Shown piece by piece: positions 39,931-49,071 of a stretch of DNA of 64,000 bases. A program made the translations under genes and the position numbers. The notes beneath the pieces were generated by a model. That model did not search any database. It was not told the DNA's origin and saw only the letters and a list, made by a program, of their open reading frames with translations. This DNA is from Methylobacter sp. Its GTDB lineage: Bacteria; Pseudomonadota; Gammaproteobacteria; Methylococcales; Methylomonadaceae. The number at the start of each line of letters is the position of its first letter. The stretch's first letter is position 1. The stretch is from assembly GCA_030699385.1 (NCBI GenBank), contig JAUYMY010000008.1, forward strand, positions 923 through 64,922, written 5' to 3'.

Positions 39931-41267
39931 ATTTCAATGTAGGCGCTCACATCCTGCTTGGCAAAAGGAGGACGAAGAGAGAGGCATCTCAATCCATTGC
40001 CTCTAGCTCCTTTTTGCCAAAGAAAAGGGCTGAACGCTTATGCTGGAAATGGCTCATAGCCGTCTTACTGCTATGCACACTCCCCACCATCGGCGCAGCA
40101 GCCAACACCTGCGATCAAGCCTGCCGCCAGCAAATCGATAAACTGGTGCGCCAAGCCTCGGTACTGAATACCAACAAACGCTACACCGAAGCGGCAGATC
40201 TGTTGGAACGCCTATTAATGGAATATCCGGATGCCGAAGGCGCCGCGCAACAATACAGCCGCGCCCTAGCAGGCTTAGACAGCCAGCAGGACAATCAACC
40301 CCCAGCACAACCCGAGCAAACCGAACCACCGGAACCAGCGGATAGCAGTCCGCACAGTTGGCAAACCAGCGGCGATTTACAAATGCGCGGCGGCTACAGC
40401 AGCAATTTTAATCAAGCCCCCACCCAGCCCACGATACAACTTACCTTGCCCGACGAGACGGTCACTCTCGAATTGCAGCCACAATTTCAGCAGCAAGCCG
40501 GATTTGGCATGGAATCACAGCTGAGCGGAAATGCCGGACGCCTGCTCACAGACACATTACAATGGCAAGTCAGGGGCGAATTGTTTAACCGCGAAACGGG
40601 CTATAGCGGTTACGCAGATTATCAAGGCGCCAATCTGTTAAGCACGCTGTTGCAGCAATGGGACGACGGCGCCGAGAGCGGCGCCGCACTGGGCTTTAAT
40701 ACCCAGCGCTATGGCGGCAACATCTATCTGTACACCACTCAAATGATGTTGCGTCATACCGGAAAAAAAGGCGCCTACTGCAAGCCGCTGGGAGGTCTGG
40801 ATTTAGTATGGCAAAGACAATACCAAAATGCGTTGCTTGATAGCCGCTACACCGGCTTGATGCTCGGCGCACTCTGCGACACTACGCTGGGCTTTTATAG
40901 CGCGACAATTAACGCGGGCTGGGATTGGGCGTCTAGCCGTCGGCCCGGCGGCGACCAACAACGTAACCGGCTGGAAATACTCGGCATCTGGCCGACCGAT
41001 GCCGTCATCAAGAACAGCTTTGTAAAAGCCCATACCGACGTCATGTACAGCAACGACATGCAGTCTTACAGCAGTTGGCTCAGTGATGGCGCCACAAGAT
41101 ACATGAACCGAGTCGGTGTAGGCCTCGATTATGACTGGCCGTTAACCGCCATAGCCAACAACTGGCGAGGAACGGCCAGCGTAAGATGGCAAAACCAGGA
41201 CAGCAACATAAGCCTGTTTGAAACCGATACGCTGGAGGGTTGGATGGGCGTTAGGATAACTTGGTAG
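39927..41267 (+). CDS. TPR plus outer-membrane beta-barrel protein, Slam/DUF560 (type XI secretion)-like
   Basis: Signal-like segment, one TPR-like helix pair, GGYSSNFN barrel start, DSNISLF near the end, terminal Trp. Confidence 0.65.
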   Translation: MNFNVGAHILLGKRRTKREASQSIASSSFLPKKRAERLCWKWLIAVLLLCTLPTIGAAANTCDQACRQQIDKLVRQASVLNTNKRYTEAADLLERLLMEYPDAEGAAQQYSRALAGLDSQQDNQPPAQPEQTEPPEPADSSPHSWQTSGDLQMRGGYSSNFNQAPTQPTIQLTLPDETVTLELQPQFQQQAGFGMESQLSGNAGRLLTDTLQWQVRGELFNRETGYSGYADYQGANLLSTLLQQWDDGAESGAALGFNTQRYGGNIYLYTTQMMLRHTGKKGAYCKPLGGLDLVWQRQYQNALLDSRYTGLMLGALCDTTLGFYSATINAGWDWASSRRPGGDQQRNRLEILGIWPTDAVIKNSFVKAHTDVMYSNDMQSYSSWLSDGATRYMNRVGVGLDYDWPLTAIANNWRGTASVRWQNQDSNISLFETDTLEGWMGVRITW

Positions 41268-41317
41268 AATTTTCTTGGATGGATTACAGCAGAATTGACC
41301 ATCGACATCATATTTTT

Positions 41318-41902
41318 TCAGCGCTCTATTGTTCGCGGCTGATTCAGTAAGGCCTGTTTTTTCTTCCGTGCGCGCTCGGCTTTTTCAGCCTCTTGTTTTT
41401 GCTTCCGCACACAGCGCGTGTCATAGCGTTGCTTAAATTGCGCTGATTTTTGCGCCCGGTTCGGGTCGATATTGCCCACCGGTGCCGGTTGCATGACGAT
41501 ACAATCGACCGGGCAAGGCGCAATGCACAATTCACAACCGGTACATTCGGCAGCGATTACTGTATGCATGAATTTTGCCGCGCCCAGTATTGCATCGACC
41601 GGGCAGGCGGCGATACATTTAACGCAGCCGATACAGTCTTGCTCAATGATAAAAGCGACGCTGGCGGGTTTATGTACGCCGAATTCGGTATTCAGCGGTT
41701 TGACGGCGATGCTTAATAAATCTGCCAGATCGCGGATACCTTCATCACCGCCGGGCGGACATTGATTGATGTCGGCAGCGCCGGAGGCGATGGCTTCAGC
41801 ATAAGGGCGGCAACCTTGAAAGCTGCATTGGCCGCATTGGGTCTGCGGCAGCAAGGCGTTGATTTGGTCAATCAAGGTGGGATTTTCAGGTGAAACAGGC
41901 AT
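41318..41902 (-). CDS. rsxB: RnfB/RsxB-like Fe-S electron transport protein (stand-alone)
   Basis: [16 protein letters not shown], two CxxCxxCxxxCP motifs. Confidence 0.85.
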   Translation of the reverse strand: MPVSPENPTLIDQINALLPQTQCGQCSFQGCRPYAEAIASGAADINQCPPGGDEGIRDLADLLSIAVKPLNTEFGVHKPASVAFIIEQDCIGCVKCIAACPVDAILGAAKFMHTVIAAECTGCELCIAPCPVDCIVMQPAPVGNIDPNRAQKSAQFKQRYDTRCVRKQKQEAEKAERARKKKQALLNQPRTIER

Positions 41903-41945
41903 GTTCCGGATATTCTCGTCGCGCCGGTTAGGCAAGCAAATTAAT

Positions 41946-42050
41946 ATAGTTCCCACGCTCCGGCGTGGGAATTCAGTCCGCAACGCTCCAGCGTTGCGAG
42001 GACGCTGGAGCGTCTGCTACGGCATTCCCACGCCGGAGCGTGGGAACGAT
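41946..42050. repeat. REP-doublet (REPIN-like) element
   Basis: Inverted pair ttcccacgctccggcgtgggaat / attcccacgccggagcgtgggaa flanking internal acgctccagcgt palindromes. Confidence 0.85.
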
Positions 42051-42060
42051 AAATTAACTA

Positions 42061-44079
42061 TCACTTAACCCGCATTCCGGGTTCTGCGCCTTCATCGGGA
42101 CTCAATACCCAAATATCCTTGCCGCCGGGGCCTGCGGCCAGCACCATGCCTTCGGACAAGCCAAAACGCATTTTTCTCGGCGCAAGGTTGGCAATGACTA
42201 GCGTCAATTTGCCTTCCAAATCTTCCGGACTGTAGGCGGATTTAATCCCGGCAAAGATGTTGCGGGTTTCGTCGCCAATATCGACGGTCAATTGCAATAA
42301 CTTGTCCGCGCCTTCGACATGATCGGCCTTGATGATACGGGCGATACGCAAATCCAGTTTGGCAAAATCGTCAAATTCGATGGTGGGCGCAATCGGCTCG
42401 CATTTTTTAGCTTTTACAGGCTCAGCGGTTTTTTCAAGGTGCTCTTTGGACGCTTCGACAATCGCCGCGATTTTATCGGCTTCAACCCGGGTCATTAACG
42501 GTGTAAACGCGTTAATCGCATGGTTTAATAAAGGTTTGCTATGCACCGGCCAAGCTTGCGCGCCGATGTTTAAAAAGCTTTCCGCATTGCCCGCCAACAC
42601 AGGGAGCACCGGTTTTAAATAAACCGCCAACAGCCGGAACAAATTGAGCCCCATGGTGCAGACTTCGTGCAGTTCTTGTTCCTTGCCTTCTTCCTTGGCG
42701 ATCAGCCACGGTTTTTTTTCGTCGATATACTGGTTGGCCTTATCGGCCAGCGCCATGATCTCGCGCATGGCTTTGCCGAATTCACGCGCTTCGTAAAGCT
42801 CGGCAATGTGCGCATTGGCGACAACAAATTCATGGAACAGCGCCTGTTCCGAACAGTGTTCGGACAACTTATTGTCAAAACGTTTGGCGATAAAACCGCT
42901 GCACCGGCTGGCGATGTTAACCACTTTGCCGACCAGATCGGAATTGACCCGCTGGCTGAAATCATCGAAATTCAAGTCGATGTCATCGACCCCGGCGCTG
43001 AGTTTGGCGGCAAAATAATAGCGCAGATACTCAGGATTCAAATAATCCAGATAAGTTCTAGCTTTAATAAAAGTGCCGCGCGATTTGGACATTTTTTCGC
43101 CGTTCACAGTCAAAAAGCCGTGCGCAAAAATCGCGCTGGGCGTCCGAAAATGCGCGCCGTTCAACATCGCAGGCCAGAATAAGGCATGGAAATAGATGAT
43201 GTCTTTGCCGATAAAATGATACAACTCGGCGTCGCTGTGTTTGCCCCAAAATTCGTTAAAGTCCAGCCCTTGCTTATCGCATAGGTTTTTAAAGCTGGCC
43301 ATGTAGCCGATCGGCGCATCCAACCAAACGTAAAAATATTTGCCCGGCGCATCGGGGATTTCAAAGCCGAAATACGGCGCATCGCGGCTGATGTCCCATT
43401 GCTGCAAACCGCCGTCCAACCATTCGGCCAGTTTGTTGCTGACTTCGGGTTGCAAATGACCGGCATGTGTCCATTCGTTCAACATCTCGCTAAAGTTAGC
43501 CAGATCGAAAAAATAATGCACCGAATCTTTATCAATAGGTTTGGCGCCTGAAATCGCCGAAACCGCATTTTTCAGTTCGGTCGGCGAATAAGTCGCGCCG
43601 CAGACTTCGCAGCCGTCGCCGTATTGGTCGAGCGCACCGCATTTGGGGCATTCGCCTTTGATGAAACGGTCGGATAAAAACATATTTTTAACCGGATCAA
43701 AAGCTTGGGTGATACTGCGCGAGCTGATGTGTCCGGCGTCGCGCAAACGCTCGTAAATCAATGATGACAGCGCTTTGTTTTCTTCGGAATGAGTGCTGTG
43801 GTAATTGTCGAAAGCAACACTAAATTCGGTAAAATCAGCCAGATGCTCTTTGCCGACCTGGGCGATTAGCTGTTCAGGAGTTATGCCTTCGCGATCCGCC
43901 CGAAGCATGATTGGCGTGCCGTGGGTGTCGTCGGCACACACGTAATAACACAGGTTGCCGCGTTGTTTCTGGAAACGCACCCAAATATCGGTCTGGATAT
44001 ATTCGACCAGATGACCGAGATGTATCGGGCCGTTGGCGTAAGGCAGTGCGCTGGTGACGAGAATTTTTCTGGCTGACAT
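42061..44079 (-). CDS. metG: Methionine--tRNA ligase
   Basis: [18 protein letters not shown]-terminal tRNA-binding domain. Confidence 0.97.
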   Translation of the reverse strand: MSARKILVTSALPYANGPIHLGHLVEYIQTDIWVRFQKQRGNLCYYVCADDTHGTPIMLRADREGITPEQLIAQVGKEHLADFTEFSVAFDNYHSTHSEENKALSSLIYERLRDAGHISSRSITQAFDPVKNMFLSDRFIKGECPKCGALDQYGDGCEVCGATYSPTELKNAVSAISGAKPIDKDSVHYFFDLANFSEMLNEWTHAGHLQPEVSNKLAEWLDGGLQQWDISRDAPYFGFEIPDAPGKYFYVWLDAPIGYMASFKNLCDKQGLDFNEFWGKHSDAELYHFIGKDIIYFHALFWPAMLNGAHFRTPSAIFAHGFLTVNGEKMSKSRGTFIKARTYLDYLNPEYLRYYFAAKLSAGVDDIDLNFDDFSQRVNSDLVGKVVNIASRCSGFIAKRFDNKLSEHCSEQALFHEFVVANAHIAELYEAREFGKAMREIMALADKANQYIDEKKPWLIAKEEGKEQELHEVCTMGLNLFRLLAVYLKPVLPVLAGNAESFLNIGAQAWPVHSKPLLNHAINAFTPLMTRVEADKIAAIVEASKEHLEKTAEPVKAKKCEPIAPTIEFDDFAKLDLRIARIIKADHVEGADKLLQLTVDIGDETRNIFAGIKSAYSPEDLEGKLTLVIANLAPRKMRFGLSEGMVLAAGPGGKDIWVLSPDEGAEPGMRVK

Positions 44080-44268
44080 AGTGTAAAAAAGGCAAATAAT
44101 CCGAAAGCAAAAATAGCCTTGTATTATGGCATAAAATAAATGCAACCGGTGATGCTCCGCCCGCTAAAAAGTGCAATAGTCAGCGAGAATCGGTAAAATG
44201 ATTTATATCTTGAGTTTAATGCTTGGTTATTAATCAGGCGCATTTTTTACAATTTATGGAGCGTGAGC

Positions 44269-45360
44269 ATGGCAAGCATTGAAAAATCGGCGGTAGAAGA
44301 TCTATTGCAAACATTCATCGACCCGCACAATGGTGCCGATTTAGTGTCAGCAAAATCGGTTAAAGCGATTGCAATTGATGGTAATAATGTCAGTGTTAAG
44401 CTGGAGTTGGGCTATCCGGCTAAAAGCTATGTGGCGGAACTTAAAACTGAGGTTGAAGCGCTGCTAAAAACTCTGACGGGTGTCGGCGATGTCAATGTTG
44501 AAGTTAACGTCAACATCGTATCCCATGCAGTGCAGCAGGCGTTAAAACCCTTGCCCAATGTAAAAAACATTATCGCGGTCGCTTCCGGCAAAGGCGGCGT
44601 CGGCAAGTCGACCACGGCGGTCAATCTGGCGCTGGCGCTGGCTGCAGAAGGCGCTAATGTCGGTATTCTGGATGCGGACATTTACGGCCCGAGTGTCCCG
44701 ATGATGCTGGGTCTTTCGGGCTACCCGGAAAGCAAAGATCAGAAAACCATGATGCCCAAAGTCGCTTACGGCATTCAGACCAATTCTATCGGCTATCTGG
44801 TTGAAGCCGACCAAGCGATGATTTGGCGCGGGCCGATGGTAACGACCGCGTTGCAGCAACTGCTTAAAGACACCAATTGGGACAACTTGGATTATTTGAT
44901 TATCGACCTGCCGCCCGGCACCGGCGATATTCAGCTAACGTTGTCGCAGCAAATTCCGGTCAGCGGCGCGATTATCGTCACCACGCCGCAGGATATTGCG
45001 CTGATTGACGCCCAGCGCGGTTTGGGCATGTTTGAGAAGGTCAACGTGCCGGTGTTGGGCTTAGTCGAAAATATGAGTATGCATATTTGCAGCAATTGCG
45101 GCCACGAAGAAGCCATTTTCGGCACCGGCGGCGGACTGGCGATGGCCGAGCGCAACCGGATTGAATTTCTTGGCGCTTTGCCGTTGGACATTAACATCCG
45201 CCAATTTGCCGACTCCGGCAGCCCGACCGTCATTGCCGACCCGGACGGACGCTGCGCGCAAATTTACAAACAAATTGCCCGCAAAACCGCAGCCAGACTG
45301 GCACTGAAGGCTAAAGACTTTACTACAAAATTTCCCAAAATCGTGGTGCAGAATACATAG
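44269..45360 (+). CDS. apbC: Fe-S cluster carrier ATPase ApbC/Mrp
   Basis: SGKGGVGKST, DLPPGTGD, ENMS..CSNC; divergent from metG. Confidence 0.95.
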   Translation: MASIEKSAVEDLLQTFIDPHNGADLVSAKSVKAIAIDGNNVSVKLELGYPAKSYVAELKTEVEALLKTLTGVGDVNVEVNVNIVSHAVQQALKPLPNVKNIIAVASGKGGVGKSTTAVNLALALAAEGANVGILDADIYGPSVPMMLGLSGYPESKDQKTMMPKVAYGIQTNSIGYLVEADQAMIWRGPMVTTALQQLLKDTNWDNLDYLIIDLPPGTGDIQLTLSQQIPVSGAIIVTTPQDIALIDAQRGLGMFEKVNVPVLGLVENMSMHICSNCGHEEAIFGTGGGLAMAERNRIEFLGALPLDINIRQFADSGSPTVIADPDGRCAQIYKQIARKTAARLALKAKDFTTKFPKIVVQNT

Positions 45361-45379
45361 CCACTCCGTGGAAAAAAGT

Positions 45380-45468
45380 AATGGAACGCGGATATCACTG
45401 ATCAGACGGATCATGGCTGATTAAAAATCGGTGTAAATCTGTCTTATCCGTGTAATCCGTGTTCCATT
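45380..45468. repeat. Palindromic repeat with ~9-nt periodicity (acgcggat / atccgtgt type)
   Basis: aatggaacgcggat...atccgtgtaatccgtgttccatt. Confidence 0.65.
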
Positions 45469-45596
45469 TAATTATTTTTAGCAGAGGCTGAGCCGTTATT
45501 TTTTAACCTGCTATTACCGCCGCCTATGGGTAATGAGAAGTTCTAACGTTCTGTGTTAAAATCCGCCTTTTTAAATCAATCAGGTAGTAAGACTCC

Positions 45597-47288
45597 ATGA
45601 GCATTAAGTCGGACAAATGGATACGCCGCATGGCGGAACAACACGGCATGATAGAACCGTTTGAAAGCGGTCAGGTCAGAGATTCGGAACGTGGCAGGGT
45701 CATTTCCTACGGCACCTCCAGTTACGGCTATGATGTCCGCTGTTCAGATGAATTCAAAATTTTCACCAACATCAATTCCGCCATTGTCGATCCTAAAGAC
45801 TTTGATTCCAATAGCTTTGTCGATGTGAAATCCGATGTCTGCATTATTCCGCCGAATTCGTTTGCCTTGGCCAGAACGGTTGAATTCTTCCGCATTCCCC
45901 GTGATGTGCTGACGATTTGCTTGGGCAAATCAACTTATGCACGATGTTTCAGTGCAGATACCCGCGTTGCTTTATTGGATGGCACTTCGCCAACACTGGA
46001 AGACATGGCGAAACGCGCTGAAAGTGGCGAAGTATTTTGGGGTTACAGCATCGGCGCTTGCGGGCAAATTATCGCCGCTTTATTAGAAGCCCCCCGCTAT
46101 ATCGGACGCGATAATCTGATTGAATTGGAATTGGATTCAGGTGAAGTTATTCGCTGTACGCCCGATCATGAGTTTTTGAATCGTGACGGACGTATGGTGC
46201 AAGCAGGAGCTTTGCGCGAGGGAGCATCATTAATGCCGTTATATCGCAGCCTACGCCGTGGCTATGAAATGATTTATCAAACCTCAAATAACAGAATGTA
46301 TCCATCCCATCGCTTGGCGGACGAATGGAATTTACGCCATGGTGTTTACGCTGATCAAGCGGGAACTCATCGCCACCATATTGATAATGAGCGCCGTAAT
46401 AATTATCCGTGGAATATTACACGCATGAATGCCAGCGAACATTTGCGGTATCACAATAGCCGTAATTATGGTGAATATTTTGATGCCCAAGCCCACGGCG
46501 AAGCCATTAAAGCGGGACTCGAACGACAAGCAGAAAGTCCGGAATGGCGCGAAAAATTCAGCCAAGCACAACAGCAACGGGCATTGGATTTTTGGCAACA
46601 GGCCAAGTATGAAAAAATTCGCGAACGAATTTTAACGCAAAGACAAAATCCTAGCGATGCCACTCGCTTTGCTCATTCACAAGCCATGTTACAACGTTAT
46701 GCCGCCCCAGAAGCCCGGCAACAACATTCTGAATCCATGAAAAAAGCGTGGCAAAATGATGATGCCCGGCGTTTAAAACAAGCTGAAATAGCTAGACACA
46801 TAAATTATCGCGAAGAAATCACTGCCGAAACCGTGCGCGACGCCTTAGATAAAACAGGTTCAATACGCGGCGCAGCTGATTTTCTACACTGCGACCGGAG
46901 CGTTTTCCGCCGTTTTCCTGAGCAACTGGATAGTTTTCGTGGCAACTCTGCGCGTAGAAATCACAAAGTCGCCGCTATTCGTGATGTGGCAGGCGTGCAT
47001 GATGTGTATTGTTTGACTGTGCCAGAAGCGGGCAATTTTGCCTTAGAAGCGGGTGTTTTTGTCTCAAATTGCGGCATTATCGTCAATGTAACGCCTTTAG
47101 AGCCGGAATGGGAAGGTCATGTGACATTAGAATTTTCCAATACTACCACGCTGCCGGCAAAAATCTATGCTAACGAAGGTGTCGCGCAAATGCTGTTTTT
47201 TGGCGGCGACGAAGTATGCGAAACCTCGTACAAAGACCGAGGCGGCAAGTATCAAGGACAAACCGGAGTGACGCTGCCTAAGGCGTAA
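45597..47288 (+). CDS. dcd: dCTP deaminase precursor containing an intein (116 + 72 = 188-aa extein)
   Basis: [26 protein letters not shown] | [26 protein letters not shown]. Confidence 0.95.
   Translation: MSIKSDKWIRRMAEQHGMIEPFESGQVRDSERGRVISYGTSSYGYDVRCSDEFKIFTNINSAIVDPKDFDSNSFVDVKSDVCIIPPNSFALARTVEFFRIPRDVLTICLGKSTYARCFSADTRVALLDGTSPTLEDMAKRAESGEVFWGYSIGACGQIIAALLEAPRYIGRDNLIELELDSGEVIRCTPDHEFLNRDGRMVQAGALREGASLMPLYRSLRRGYEMIYQTSNNRMYPSHRLADEWNLRHGVYADQAGTHRHHIDNERRNNYPWNITRMNASEHLRYHNSRNYGEYFDAQAHGEAIKAGLERQAESPEWREKFSQAQQQRALDFWQQAKYEKIRERILTQRQNPSDATRFAHSQAMLQRYAAPEARQQHSESMKKAWQNDDARRLKQAEIARHINYREEITAETVRDALDKTGSIRGAADFLHCDRSVFRRFPEQLDSFRGNSARRNHKVAAIRDVAGVHDVYCLTVPEAGNFALEAGVFVSNCGIIVNVTPLEPEWEGHVTLEFSNTTTLPAKIYANEGVAQMLFFGGDEVCETSYKDRGGKYQGQTGVTLPKA
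45945..47069 (+). mobile_element. Intein (375 aa) with HNH homing-endonuclease domain
   Basis: Block A CFSADTRV, block B CTPDHEF, block F DVYCLTV, block G FVSN|C; [18 protein letters not shown] motif. Confidence 0.92.
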
Positions 47289-47522
47289 CGGAATGTTAAG
47301 CGTATCCCGAGCCTCTTAAATCCGAAAAACCTTACTTTTTACCCTGCAATATTATTGCGCAGCGCTTATTTTTATTGGCTTGCAGGGGTTTTAATTTGTA
47401 TTTCTATGCTAGAATATTTAACGGTATTAGTTGCTCCTTATGCTGGATTCTACTGGCAACATAAACTTGCATTTCGATGCCGATACTGAACATAACCCTC
47501 TCAATAACATTAGGTTTAATTA

Positions 47523-47918
47523 ATGAAATTAACTAAAAAAATCGTAGTTTCTCTGCTTATGGCAATGTCCATGGCAACCCTTTCTTCAACTACTTTTGCA
47601 GCTGAGAAAAAAGACCTCAATGCAGTAGTTAGAGAAGCCGCAGAAGGTACGATTGCTAAAATTGAAGAAGCCATCGTTTTAGTAGAAAAAGGTGGCAACC
47701 AAGACGCCGCTGTCGCTGCGATTAACGAAGCTCGTCAACTGCAAAAAGAATTTCGTTACGAATTGACTGAACGTCAACGTCAAAAAGCAAACGATAAATT
47801 GAAAGTAGCTCGTGAAGCCGTTGTCAGCGGCAATGATAAAGAAGCTGATGAAACCTTGAAAGCGACTTTGTCAGAATTTAAAGAAATGAAAGCCACTTAC
47901 GACGCATCACACAAATAA
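47523..47918 (+). CDS. Small secreted alpha-helical protein
   Basis: Signal peptide ending TTFA; Ala/Glu/Lys-rich helices. Confidence 0.8.
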   Translation: MKLTKKIVVSLLMAMSMATLSSTTFAAEKKDLNAVVREAAEGTIAKIEEAIVLVEKGGNQDAAVAAINEARQLQKEFRYELTERQRQKANDKLKVAREAVVSGNDKEADETLKATLSEFKEMKATYDASHK

Positions 47919-47939
47919 GTAGCAATCAGACTGTCAAAT

Positions 47940-47976
47940 CGGATTCAGTTATGTATCAATAATTGAATCCGCTTTT
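47940..47976 (+). terminator. Rho-independent terminator
   Basis: cggattcagttat..ataattgaatccg followed by ctttt. Confidence 0.65.
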
Positions 47977-48136
47977 AAATTTAAAAATTAATCCCCGCTC
48001 AACAGCAATTTTTCAATCTGTCACGAATGGTTGAAAAATTTCAAAATGTGTTAAAATCAATTCCGGTATATATCTATTGTCAATAGCTATACAGCCAACT
48101 TAATTAAAAAACCAACAATTTGAGGACGAGTGCAAT

Positions 48137-48523
48137 ATGAAAAGCTTAAAAAAAATCTTACTATCTTTATTGATTGCAACTTCTATGGGTGCTGTTTCAA
48201 CTTCAGTATTTGCTGAAAATGATCCAGGCAGAATTACCTACTCGCCTACAGATGCGATTGATATAGTATCGGGTAAAATCAAAGTAGCGCTTGACGCAAT
48301 AACAAGCGGTACAGAAGGCGAACAAGTTGCCGAACTTATCAAAAGTGCATCTGATGCCAGCAAAGAAATCAACGCAAATGATAAAGTTGATGTAGCGCGT
48401 GCAAAAGCTAACAATAAGCTGAAATCAGCTAGAAAACATGCTAAAGAAGCCGCTCTGCAAGAAGCTGAACAAGAATTAAGAGATGCTCTTAAAGACTTTA
48501 ATGACCTGAAGTCATTGATCTAA
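48137..48523 (+). CDS. Small secreted alpha-helical protein, paralogue of the upstream gene
   Basis: Signal peptide ending VFA; shares I..A....KE and R.KAN.KLK.AR with 47523-47918. Confidence 0.8.
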   Translation: MKSLKKILLSLLIATSMGAVSTSVFAENDPGRITYSPTDAIDIVSGKIKVALDAITSGTEGEQVAELIKSASDASKEINANDKVDVARAKANNKLKSARKHAKEAALQEAEQELRDALKDFNDLKSLI

Positions 48524-48542
48524 ACTGTAAATTGATTTGCCC

Positions 48543-48577
48543 CCTATCAGGTGAGCTTCGGCCTCCTGATAGGATTT
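48543..48577. terminator. Hairpin between convergent genes (probable terminator)
   Basis: cctatcagg...cctgatagg stem. Confidence 0.55.
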
Positions 48578-48624
48578 AGTGTTCAATTCTGAATACTAAT
48601 ATACATACCCCCCCCCCCGCAATC

Positions 48625-49062
48625 CTAACTACCCTGTTTGGCCAAATAATCCTTTGATGCCAGTAAAAAGGCCGCCAGCCGCTTGTCGGTATTGAGAATA
48701 TGATCAATGAGCCAGCGGTTGAGAAAAGACAACAGCTCCTCACGCGAAATCAACACCCCCGCTTTAATAGCATTGCGCACGGCAACCACTTTGGCAGAAA
48801 AGCTGCGGTGCTGTTGGATGTGAGCATTAGCATCTTCAACATAGCCATATTGCTGCATCAATTGCTCTTCAGTTTCAAAATGATACAGCGCATAACTGAG
48901 CAAGTCGCGGGTGATGTACTCTAAAAATTCAGCGCTATTGTCAGCCGTCAACTGGGTATTGGCTTCATTGAAAAGATTGATCAGAATTTGATGTTGCTCG
49001 TCAATCTTGTCGATTCCGGTAACAAGCCGCTCATCCCATACGATAAGGTCGTAATCAGCCAT
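48625..49062 (-). CDS. Bacteriohemerythrin
   Basis: W..L.TG..IDEQH, HFETEE, HIQQH, WLIDHILNTD di-iron ligands. Confidence 0.92.
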   Translation of the reverse strand: MADYDLIVWDERLVTGIDKIDEQHQILINLFNEANTQLTADNSAEFLEYITRDLLSYALYHFETEEQLMQQYGYVEDANAHIQQHRSFSAKVVAVRNAIKAGVLISREELLSFLNRWLIDHILNTDKRLAAFLLASKDYLAKQGS

Positions 49063-49071
49063 TTGTATTCC

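Noticed and set aside
41318-41902. Complete Rnf complex
   Set aside because: Only the B-like subunit is present in the window
41318-41983. ORF-track N-terminal extension of the RsxB-like protein, and ORF 41859-42068
   Set aside because: Both are translations of the REP element; a better start is ATG 41902
47454-47472. Sigma-54 promoter (tggcaac...ttgca) upstream of the small secreted protein
   Set aside because: GG-to-GC spacing is 12 nt rather than the required 10
48608-48618. C11 homopolymer as a phase-variation switch
   Set aside because: Lies between two convergent stop codons, outside any CDS or promoter
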